Shown piece after piece: positions 1 to 9,389 of a DNA stretch of 64,000 nucleotides. The translations under genes were made by a program, and so were the position numbers. Position 1 is the stretch's first letter. Every line of letters starts with the position of its first letter. The stretch comes from Dehalococcoidia bacterium (GTDB taxonomy: Bacteria > Chloroflexota > Dehalococcoidia > Plut-88900), in NCBI GenBank assembly GCA_965207225.1, contig CBDBLV010000005.1, positions 448,001 through 512,000 of the forward strand, given 5' to 3'. The notes under the pieces are model-generated. The model ran no database searches and had not been told where the DNA came from. It was given only the letters and a program-made list of their open reading frames with translations.

Positions 1-264
1 AACGTGTGGCGCACGGTCAACCCACTCTTCATCGGCGCCTCCAGCGTGGCAGGGGTGGCCCTATGGCGCTCCGGACACCCTGTCGGACGCGTGGGAGCGG
101 TGGTCTCTGTAGCGCTGGGCGGACTCGTATTCGCCAATGGCTACTTCGTAGACAACGGAGTCATCTGGCAAATCCTGAACCCCGTACGCATGCTCACCGC
201 CCTCGCCTTGGCCGCCCTGGCAACCCAACCGCACCACCCCCGAACGCGTGGGACTATCGGATAA
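1..264 (+). CDS. 3' end of a hypothetical membrane protein (5' truncated by window edge)
   Basis: Open frame from base 1 to TAA at 262-264 with three hydrophobic stretches. Confidence 0.5.
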   Translation, partial: NVWRTVNPLFIGASSVAGVALWRSGHPVGRVGAVVSVALGGLVFANGYFVDNGVIWQILNPVRMLTALALAALATQPHHPRTRGTIG

Positions 265-284
265 CCGCTAACGCGCCACTCTCG

Positions 285-414
285 GTCATTCCGGCCCACG
301 GAGCCGGAATCCATCCCCGGCGGAAGGGCCGCTCACCCTGAGGCACTCGAAGGGTCGAGCTGGGGAGGTGTCCAGTCCTCTCTCTTTCGACGGGAGAGGG
401 CTAGGTTTAGGGGG
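285..414. repeat. Composite of three short palindromic repeat families (A+B+C)
   Basis: A: GTCATTCCGGC..GCCGGAATCCATCCCC (285-318). B: CGCTCACCCTGAGGCACTCGAAGGGTCGAGC (330-360). C: CCTCTCTCTTTCGACGGGAGAGGGCTAGG (within 373-414). Each recurs elsewhere in the window. Confidence 0.7.
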
Positions 415-429
415 ATTCTTTCCACCCCC

Positions 430-438
430 TGCTATAAT
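430..438 (+). promoter_or_regulatory. Extended -10 promoter element TGCTATAAT
   Basis: Perfect TGnTATAAT 12 nt upstream of the tRNA-like element. Confidence 0.55.
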
Positions 439-450
439 TTCAGAGACCTA

Positions 451-527
451 TGGTCATTGGCTCAGATGGCTAGAGCTCAGTCCTGATAGGGTTGGAAGTC
501 CTCGCTCGGGGCTACGGTGGCTTACCA
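451..527 (+). pseudogene. Degenerate tRNA-Ile(GAU)-like element
   Basis: 77 nt with canonical spacing. D-arm GCTC-AGATGGCTA-GAGC; anticodon stem CAGTC/GGTTG with loop CTGATAG; acceptor stem TGGTCAT/GTGGCTT (one mismatch, three G-U); 3' A-CCA. T-arm decayed (loop CTCGGGG, 3/5 stem pairs). Confidence 0.7.
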
Positions 528-757
528 GACAATTCTAAGAGTCTTACTAGGCACGTCTCGCTCACATCCACAATTGGCGCCATGTTGATTTGGACTCAGA
601 GTTCCGTATGCCCACCCTGATGTCTGGCATAGTTATCGAACTGAGCTAGAATATTCTTTGAATTCTGCCTTCTTAGTCCGTCTCGACATCCGCCCAACCT
701 TACCTGCTTCTGGCTTCTGTACGATATCAAATCAGGTGAAACTTTAGGATACAACTA

Positions 758-2860
758 ATGAAAATTGTCAATTTGATGGTGGAGAATTTCCGCGCAATTG
801 AGCAGGTCGAATTGATCGACTTGAGCGATATGGTTGTTATAGCTGGCCCCAACGGATGTGGTAAGTCGTGTATTCTGGATGCAATCCGTTTATTCAAATC
901 CGTATACGGCGGCTACCAACCAAACGAGTGGCACTAATGGATGAACGAATTTCAGATAAACATTCGCAATCTACAGCGACTAGTGTCGCTGTTAAGAGAT
1001 CGTTCGAGACCATCCGTGATAGAAGCACAGGTGGAACTTGCTGATGGAGAAAGACAATTTATCAGGGACAATGCAAATGCAATGGTGGAAGAGTTAGCTT
1101 GGAAGACTGTGGCACCCGGGTCACAGGCGTGGGGCCGCTCTGCAAATGCATTGGCTACGGAACTTAGAGCATATCGGCCACAAGTTGCCAAACAAGTCGC
1201 AGACCTGCTACCCATAGTATTGGATCAATTGAATTATCGCTTATTGAGTGGTCGTTTGGAGATTGATCCTTCAGGTCAAGCGACAACTACCAAGAATATT
1301 CTTTTGGAGTTGGTGTTCTCTTCATTTCACCCGAAACACATAGGCGTCATCGATTTTCATGGGGCGCACCGGAACTATGCCCGTGAGGAACTTGGAGGAA
1401 TCAACCTCAATCTGGATCAAGAAGAAGAACGGCTGCGTACTACTTCTTTGTACAATGCCGCAAGCAAATATTCCAACATAAAGAGTGAAATGGCGGCCGA
1501 ATATGTCAAAAATAATCTAAGGGAAAAACGCTTTGGAAAGGACAAGCTCGGCGAGGCTTCACCACCGCTTACAGAGACACTACAGGAATTATTCACTAAT
1601 TTCTTTCCAGGCAAGACCTTTTTGGGTCCAGAGCCTACTAGTGACGGTAATCTGGGATTTCCCGTAGAGATCAGCGGTGGATCGACACATGATATTAATG
1701 ACCTGTCCTCTGGAGAGAAGGAAATCCTCTTCGGCTATTTGCGGCTGAGAAATTCTGCTCCAAGATACTCAGTAATTCTCTTGGATGAACCAGAGCTGCA
1801 CTTGAATCCTGCCCTTGTTCGTGGGCTACCGCAGTTTTACTACAAACATATAGGCAGAGAATTAGAAAACCAGATTTGGCTAGTCACTCACTCGGATGCT
1901 TTCCTCAGAGAAGCTATCGGGCATAAAGGAGTGCAGGTTTTCCATATGCGCCATGCATCCGTCTCGCGGGAAACAAAGAACCAAATTCACGAACTTCATC
2001 CGGGGGAAGAAGTGGAATCAACCATATTAGATTTGGTTGGTAATTTGGCCACGTATAGCCCTGGTGGGAAGGTAGTGTTCTTCGAGGGTGAGGATTCGGA
2101 ATTTGACTTACACATGGTTTCGCGTCTATTTCCATCCATCGAAAATGAAATCAACCTTGTTTCTGGGGGCAATCGGTTCAGGGTAGAAGCGCTGCACAAA
2201 ATTCTGGAACGGAGTGTGGAGGTAGGTAAAATACCGGTAAGAATATACTCTGTAGTAGATAAAGACACTGGCAATGTTGTTGCACCGACTGATGACTTTC
2301 GCCGCCACTTTACTTGGGATGTATACCACATAGAAAACTATCTGTTGGAGCCGAAATTCATCGATGAGGCCTTAGGCAGCCTAGGTGTCTCCCATAATGA
2401 TCTATCTTCATTAGGGAAAATAGATCAGACACTTAAGCAAATCGCCGAGAATCAAATCGGCAAACTTGTCAGTCACCGCATAAGGTCAGACATTAACGCA
2501 GAACTAATCAAGGAATTGAATCTGAATAACAATCCCTTTTCTGATGATATCGGCGCCGACTTACATAGGGCAATTGAAGATTCTGTAGAGCGCATAAATC
2601 AGAAACGCAATACAAGCCTCCCCCTCGCTGATATTCGTAGACGAGTAGAGATGCAACAGCAATCCCTCAGCAAGTCACTTAACACGGAGGATTGGAAGAA
2701 GCACTTTCGTGGACGGGACATCCTGCAGGAGTTTGCGGGCAAATACCTCCCTGGCCTGCGGTACATCTATTTTCGTGAGTTGATCATCAGCCATATGAGC
2801 ACTGAAGGATATCAACCACAGGGAATGAAATCCGTTCTTGATCAGATAGTTGACGATTAA
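758..2860 (+). pseudogene. ABC-type ATPase (AAA_15/21-like) fused to a TOPRIM/DUF4435-like nuclease domain (fused PARIS AriAB / OLD-like); in-frame TAA at 935-937
   Basis: ATG 758 reads MKIVNLMVENFRAI..GPNGCGKS (Walker A), then TAA at codon 60, and the same frame continues into ORF 941-2860 with LSSGE signature, LLDEPELHL Walker B/D-loop, VTHS H-loop, TOPRIM-like FEGEDSEFD..VVDKD and YHIENYLL. AT-rich relative to flanks. Confidence 0.75.
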
Positions 2861-2930
2861 GGGGCTTCTGCTTGCACGGAGTGAAATTAGTGCGTTAAAC
2901 ACAGAGTTCCTACCCCCCACCCCCAAGAAA

Positions 2931-3782
2931 ATGCCCACCCCCCTAACCCCGACGTTCGCCCTCGAATACACTGGACTCCAGATCTGGTCTCTCCTAGACG
3001 ACCGGCAAGTCCGGGCCCTAGATGACGTCCTCGCCACCCACGGTGTCCTCGTCTTCCGACGCCAGGCCCTCACCGAGCACGAGCTCGTCGCCTTCAGCAA
3101 CCGCTTCGGCACACCCGACGTCATCGTCCGCACCGACTGGGCCTCCGGCGCCAACCCCGAGATTATCCAGATATCCAACATGCGCAACGCCAGGGGTGAG
3201 ACCATCGGGGGCCTTGGGTCGGGGGAACTGGCCTGGCACACCGACCAGGCCTACATGGCAAAACCCGCCACCGGCGCCATCCCCTACGGCGTCGAAGTCC
3301 CGGAGGACGGGCCCCGAACCTACTGGGCCAACCTCCGCCTCGCCTACGAAGCCCTCCCCCCCGACACCAGGGCCCGCATCGAAGGCCGACGCGCCATCTT
3401 CAGCTACGCCGAGCGCTACAAGGACTACAACGACGAGACCGTCCCCACCGAAGAAATCCTGGCTAAGACCCCGAAGGTGACCCATGCCCTGGTCCAGACC
3501 CATCCGGTGTCCGGCGCCAGGACCCTCTACCTGGACCCGAGCACCATGGTCGGCATCGAAGGGATGGAGGAGGCGGAAGGTCGGGCCCTGCTCGACGAGT
3601 TAATCCGGCACTCCACCCGTCCCGAGTTCGTCTACGCGCACACCTGGCAGCCCGGCGACCTGATCATGTGGGACAACGGCTTCATGCTCCACCGCCGCGA
3701 CGCATTCCGCACCGACCAAAACCGCCTCCTAAAGCGCGCAACCATCCGCCTCTCCCCCGACCGCCACGTCGTCCCGGACTAA
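2931..3782 (+). CDS. TauD/TfdA-family alpha-ketoglutarate-dependent dioxygenase
   Basis: WHTD (HxD), HGVLVFR, WQPGDLIMWDN..LHRR motifs. ATG at 2931 preferred over the overlapping upstream start. Confidence 0.9.
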   Translation: MPTPLTPTFALEYTGLQIWSLLDDRQVRALDDVLATHGVLVFRRQALTEHELVAFSNRFGTPDVIVRTDWASGANPEIIQISNMRNARGETIGGLGSGELAWHTDQAYMAKPATGAIPYGVEVPEDGPRTYWANLRLAYEALPPDTRARIEGRRAIFSYAERYKDYNDETVPTEEILAKTPKVTHALVQTHPVSGARTLYLDPSTMVGIEGMEEAEGRALLDELIRHSTRPEFVYAHTWQPGDLIMWDNGFMLHRRDAFRTDQNRLLKRATIRLSPDRHVVPD

Positions 3783-3892
3783 GCGCGTCGGGGCTACTCC
3801 CGCCGACCCGCGAGGGTCCCACGGCCCGCCGCATCTTTCACCTACTGATGTCGGCTACGTGGTATCGCGTTCCCCGCGTCAGACACCCGCTG

Positions 3893-6800
3893 CTAAGGCG
3901 TATCGGGATTCTCGGGCTGATCATCGTAATAGCGTGACAGGAAAAGCAGCCCGTCATGGTATATGGCCCAGGTGTGCGCGTACAGGGTCTCCGACGTCCG
4001 GACGTTGGGGTAGATGTTGGTAATCCAGCGTCCGTCCTCCGTGACCAATGCAAACTCTTCGCCAAGCCGCCCACTGCTGAACGCAGGAATGTCGTTCAAG
4101 TTCGACCCTGCGAGTTGAGGGGCAAGGGGTGTGACCCGCAGAATGTCGTTCTCATCGGCCAGGGTCAGGCCCCACTGGCCGTCAATGCTCTCCTCATCGC
4201 TGTACAGGGCGATCGTGGCGTCCAGTCCATTGGCTTAGTAGTAGTCGATGGCCATTTGCACATACGCAATGGTATAGGCCGCAGGGTCATCAATCCGCTC
4301 GTAGTAACCCGAGGCGAAGAGCAATCCGTCCCGACGCACGGCATAGGAAATCTTGGGGACCTCATTTAGCGTTACAGGGTGGGGCCACAGGTATTCCACC
4401 CAGACTCCTTCCTCGGTGGCCTTGGCAAGTTCCTCGCCCAGCCTGTAGCCGTTTGCCCCTACCACATCGTTGATGTCCGTTCCTACCAGTTGGGGCAGCA
4501 GAGGGTGTACGTGATAGATGTCGTTCTCGTCGGTGGCGAAGAGATACCACTCACCCTCGAAGCTGGCGACGCTGTTGTAGTAGTTGAGCATGGATTCCAG
4601 GCCGTCCCGCTCGTAGCGCTCTATGGCCCGGTTCACGTACTGGACCGTGTATTCCATCGGGTCGGCGTCCCGCCAGGCCGGGGGCCCGGTTTCGGGCTCA
4701 CCGGCGTAGTAACCGGATGCGAATATCAACCCGTCGTGGCGAATGGCCCAGGTGACCTTTTGCTGTTCCTGCCGGGTCTCGGGATGAGGCCACAGGTATT
4801 CCACCCAGACGCCATCCTCGGTGGCCTGGGCTATCTCCCGGCCCAGCTCCTGCCCGTCGGACCCGACCACGTCCTTGATGTCGGTGCCGATGAGATGAGG
4901 GAAGATGGGATGGGCCACGTAGTTGTCATCCTCGCCGATGAGGAACAGGTAGAACTGTCCTTCAACGCTGTCTTGGCTGTTGTAGTGCGCAACGACAGAG
5001 TCGAGGCCCTCGCTATCGTATTTGGCTATGGCCCTGTTCACGTATTCCTTGACGGAGGCCGAAACGTCTGCCACTAGGATCGAGTGGCTGGTGGAGAACA
5101 CCAGGCCATCGTGACTGACGATGAGGACTCTCCGAGGTTCTTCCTGCTTGGTTGCCGGGTTTACGCCCCGGGTATCGACCCAGCTGCCTTCCTCGGTCGC
5201 GGCTTCTATCAACCCACCGAGGCCGGAAAATCTCGAACCCGGGCCAACGTATTGGCCTTGTAGGGCGGGTATGTTGCGGTATACCAGCAGCGTGCTTTCG
5301 GCTTCGTCCAGGAGGATAAGCGTCCGCCCGTTTTCGATGCTCTCCTCAGACCTGTAGAGTTCAACCGTGGCGTCCAGGCCGTTCTCTTCGTAGTACGCAA
5401 TGGCGTCATCGACAAAGGCCCGGCTTAGGTCGTCATCGCTGGGCGCATCGCTGGTGTCGGTGGGTGGCGGCGCGTCTGCGTCACCCTCGACGTAGTACGC
5501 AGAGGAGAAGACATATCCGTCGTGGCGGACAATCCAGAGGTACACCGTCAATTGCCCGGCTGCCCTGGGGTTGGGCCACAAGTACTTGAACCAGTGGCCT
5601 TGCTCGGTGGCGCTGAGCAGCGACTCGCCAATTGGCTCACCGGCCACAACTCCCCGGAACAGGCGAACATCCACTCCAACCAGCGCTTGCTCCGCCCCCG
5701 ATACGACTATGACGTTCTGGGGATTAACCATCAGTAGCCAGTAAGAGCCGTCAATGCTCTCCGGGCTGTTGTAGTGGGCAACCGTTGCCTCTAGGCCCTG
5801 GCTGTCGTAATAGTCCATAGCCTTCTGGACGTAGGCCTGTGTGTAGGCCACCGGGTCCGCGACCCCCGGATAGTAGCCCGACGCGAAGATCATCCCGTCC
5901 CGGCGCACCGCATACCCAACCTTTGGCACTTCCTTAAGCGTTAACGGGTGCGGCCACAGGTATTCGACCCACACGCCTTCTCCCTCCCCGGCCTTCGCCA
6001 GCTCCCTGCCCAACTCGTAGCCGTCGGAGCCCACGATGTCTTTGATGTCCGTGCCTATCAACTGGGGCAGCAGAGGGTGTACGTGATAGATGTCGTTCTC
6101 GTCGGTGGCAAAGAGATACCACTCGCCTTCAAAGCTGGCGACGCTGTTGTAGTAGTTGAGCATGGATTCCAGGCCGTCCCGCTCGTAACGCGCTATCGCC
6201 CGTTCCACGTACTCCATGGTGTACTCGCGCGGGTCAGCGCCCCGCCAGGCGGGCGGCTCCGTCGTCTCGCCCACCGTGTAGTAGCCGGACGCAAAGATGA
6301 GGCCATTGTGGCGGATGGCCCAGGTGGTCTTGGGCTCCTCCAGCCGCGAAATCGGGTTGGGCCACAGGTACTCCACCCAGATGCCTTGTTCAGTGGCCTG
6401 GGCTATCTCCTTGCCCAGTTCCTGCCCGTCGGAACCTACTACGCCCTTGATGTCGGTCCCTATCAGGTGCGGGAAAATGGGATGGGCCAGGTAGTTGTCA
6501 TCCGCGCCAATCAGGAACAGGTAGAAGATTCCCTCCAGGCTGCTGGGGTCGTTGTAGTGCGCAACCGTCGCTTCAAGCCCCTCACTCTCGTATAGGGCTA
6601 TTGCGCGGCTCACGTAATCCTTGGCGGCCTCCGCCACGTTCTCCTGGAGGGTGGAGTGGCCGGATACGAAGATTAGGCCGTCTTTAAGGACAAGGTAGTT
6701 CCGCACCGGGCCCTGTCTGGCTGAGCTGCCGGTGTCCATCTCCACCACATAGATCCCCTGTCCCTCATACCAGGCCCCGTCCTCTGTAGCGGGTCCCACC

Positions 6801-7345
6801 AAGAAATCGGCAGATTCGAGCTTGCTTCCCAGGAAATGATGATAGAACGGCATTGCCAGCAGGATGCCTTCATCCTTGCTGATTATGAACAGATACCGGT
6901 CTCCTTCAATGCTCTCTTCGCTCTTGTAATATTCGATCGTCGCGTCCCGGCCGTTGGCGTCGTAGTAGGCGATAGCCTTCTCTACGTAGGCCCGAGTTAA
7001 CTCGTCCGCATTCAACTCACCGGGTTCCGGTTCAGGCTCAGGCTCCGGCGTCGGCTCGGGTTCCGGCACGGGAGTTGCCGTAGGTTCAGGGACCGCCGTC
7101 GGCTCGGGCATTGCCGTAGGTTCAGGGACTGCCGTCGGCTGAGGAGCTGTGGTGGCCGTTGGGTCCGGCGCAGTCGTTGCAGTGGGTGCCTGGGTTGGGG
7201 CGGGGTCGTCGCCACAGGCAACTGCAATGGCTGCAATGGAAGCCACTATCAGAATCAAGAACAATACACTCGCGCCAATGGATATTGGCCTATGCTTCAA
7301 TGCCGTCCGGTTGGCCCGTATTTTGTTCTCTCGCTCGGTTCGCAA
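3893..7345 (-). CDS. Lipoprotein of eight tandem single-Cache domains; in-frame TAA at 4235-4237 truncates domain 8
   Basis: Hydrophobic signal plus lipobox IAVAC, PTA/PEP-rich linker, repeated 'YV.rAi..Y...G...YLF...HP..liG.dikd..g..G..lG.e...A...GvWVeYlWP.P...K.....R.dG.ifaSGYY' units. Reading through the TAA gives YY*ANGLDATIALY.. in frame into ORF 3893-4099. Confidence 0.8.
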
Positions 7346-7448
7346 CGTTCAACCCTCTATAGAATGAATAACTGGCATATCGCATCATAAACTCGATTGC
7401 AACATATTGGTTGTTGTTTCTATATGTTTGCTGCCAAGTAGCGTGGAA

Positions 7449-9188
7449 ATGTTACGGAAATCTCAGGGCCGACCCGAAATCCAGTACGAACCGGATGAAA
7501 AATGCCCGCCGTTGCTGGCGATAACTTCCGCTCTGCAAATCTTTGTACCCAACACAATCAGCCTTGTCATGCTCTCGGCGCTGGTTGTGCGTGCGTCCGG
7601 GGAATCGGAAGGTTACCTGTCATGGGTGACATTTACCGTGCTTGTAGTCACCGGGGCAAGCATGGTCCTGCAAACCCTCAGGCTGCGCTATTTGGGTTCG
7701 GGCCGTCTGATTGTTGCAAACTTCAACGTTCCGTTCTTGGCGGTCTGCGCTTTGGCGCTCCATGTCGGAGGGCCTGGATTGCTGGCCAGCTTAGTGGTGG
7801 TTTCCACGTTGCTTCAGGCAGTTCTAACCTTGCGCCTTGCCTCTCTTAGGCGAATTTTTACGCAAACGGTGAGCGGCATTGTGATCATGCTGGTGGCAGT
7901 CTCGGCAGTGCCTTTCATAGTCAGTAGAGGTGTCGTCCCGCCGGAAGGTGAATCGACCATGTTTTTCCTGGCTCCAGGAATGGCCGCTCTGGCCGCCGGG
8001 GTCCTTATGTCCCTGAGTGACGCGCCGGCCTCGCGTATGTGGGTTTTGCCGGCCAGCGTAGCCGTCGGTCTGATTGTAGCCGTGCCCCTGGGCCTTTTCG
8101 ATACTGACATAGTAGCTGCTGCTCCTTGGGTGAACCCCCTGCCCGATTACGCGTGGCCGGGTCTGGGTCTGACCTTCAACGCAGACTTCTGGGCCCTTCT
8201 CCCGGTCTTCTTGTTGGTGAATCTCACCGCCTTTATGAAAGTTGTGGGCGATCTGTCCGTTATTCACCGCGCTTCCTACCGTAATCAGTCTGCTATTGAC
8301 TTCCGAACTGTGCAGGGAGGCTTAAACGTCTATGGGGTGGGCACTCTCCTTTCAGGTCTCCTCGGGACCTTGACTGTTGCAGCGCCGTGGTCTGCCACCG
8401 TGGTCTATATCGGCTTCACCGGAGTCGCTGCCAGGACGGTCGGGATATACTTGGGGGTCCTGACCATACTGGTCGCCTTCTTCTCCAAGTTGCTCGCCGT
8501 ATTGGCCTCCATCCCCAGCCCGGTTGTTAGCGCGGTGTACGTCATCATCTTCGGTATGCTTTTTGTCGAGGGAGCCAAGACTGTATTCGGGGCCCAGGTT
8601 GACCGGAAAAAAGCTGCCATCACCGGAGTTTCCATGGTGTTGGGCTTGTCCGCACCGAGCTTCGGCGCACTATTCGAAGGGACAATTGTTCATTTGGTAG
8701 GAAATCCCATTGTGGTCGGCGGTATGGCGGCCATAATCATGACTATATACACCGAAGCATCAAGTTTACGTGCCAAAAAGCTGCGTATTGACCTGTCCCA
8801 GTCTTCGTTGCCTGCCGTTGACGATTTTCTCTGCCAGTTCGCCGACAGACATTCCTGGACTGAGGAAGGGAAAAACCGGCTGCGTCTGGTAGGAGAAGAG
8901 CTCATGCTGAGTTTGATTAATGAAGAGAACGACTCCCCGGTCGACCAGACGCGCACTTTGGTCGCCACAATTCGTCCTGTCAGCGGATCTGCCGAGCTTG
9001 AAATCGTGGTCGCTTCGGACGATGCCATCCAGGGAAATATCGAGAATCAAATTGCATATCTGAGCCAGGACCAGGCGCTGGAAGACGAACAGCAATTGTC
9101 CGTACGAATCCTCCGCCACTACGCATCATCGGTACACCACCGCAAATACTACGGAATAGACATAGTTGATTGTCGTGTGGAGCAATAG
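7449..9188 (+). CDS. NCS2 (xanthine/uracil permease)-fold membrane protein with C-terminal RsbW/HATPase_c-like domain
   Basis: YEPDEKCP N-terminus, many TM helices, TGVAAR and IPSPV motifs. C-terminal ~130 aa soluble domain (RLRLVGEEL..LSVRILRHYASSV). Confidence 0.8.
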   Translation: MLRKSQGRPEIQYEPDEKCPPLLAITSALQIFVPNTISLVMLSALVVRASGESEGYLSWVTFTVLVVTGASMVLQTLRLRYLGSGRLIVANFNVPFLAVCALALHVGGPGLLASLVVVSTLLQAVLTLRLASLRRIFTQTVSGIVIMLVAVSAVPFIVSRGVVPPEGESTMFFLAPGMAALAAGVLMSLSDAPASRMWVLPASVAVGLIVAVPLGLFDTDIVAAAPWVNPLPDYAWPGLGLTFNADFWALLPVFLLVNLTAFMKVVGDLSVIHRASYRNQSAIDFRTVQGGLNVYGVGTLLSGLLGTLTVAAPWSATVVYIGFTGVAARTVGIYLGVLTILVAFFSKLLAVLASIPSPVVSAVYVIIFGMLFVEGAKTVFGAQVDRKKAAITGVSMVLGLSAPSFGALFEGTIVHLVGNPIVVGGMAAIIMTIYTEASSLRAKKLRIDLSQSSLPAVDDFLCQFADRHSWTEEGKNRLRLVGEELMLSLINEENDSPVDQTRTLVATIRPVSGSAELEIVVASDDAIQGNIENQIAYLSQDQALEDEQQLSVRILRHYASSVHHRKYYGIDIVDCRVEQ

Positions 9189-9389
9189 CGGGCAGGACTT
9201 GTTAATCCTCCCTCCTATTTCGTAGCCAACGTACCTTAAATGGGCGCATGTGTTTCCCCCGGTAGTGCCAGGAGACCGGTGGTTGTAGCAACCACCTTCC
9301 GGCGCAAGTCACTCCCCATCCATACCGTCGCCTACAACCTCATATGCTAGCCCCCACCCGACTCCCCATCTACTTCTCGCGTGCCGCTT

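Noticed and set aside
451-527. tRNA-like element as an ochre suppressor explaining the two TAA stops
   Set aside because: Anticodon is GAU, not UUA, and the T-arm is defective.
451-760. Retron msr/msd next to the ATPase
   Set aside because: No reverse transcriptase in the window and no long a1/a2 inverted repeats seen.
2850-2930. N-terminal extension of TauD given in the ORF track
   Set aside because: Overlaps the ATPase stop and has island-like composition; ATG 2931 is more plausible.
7020-7200. Short tandem repeats as CRISPR or VNTR
   Set aside because: They encode the PEPTA linker of the lipoprotein; no repeat-spacer structure and no cas genes anywhere in the window.
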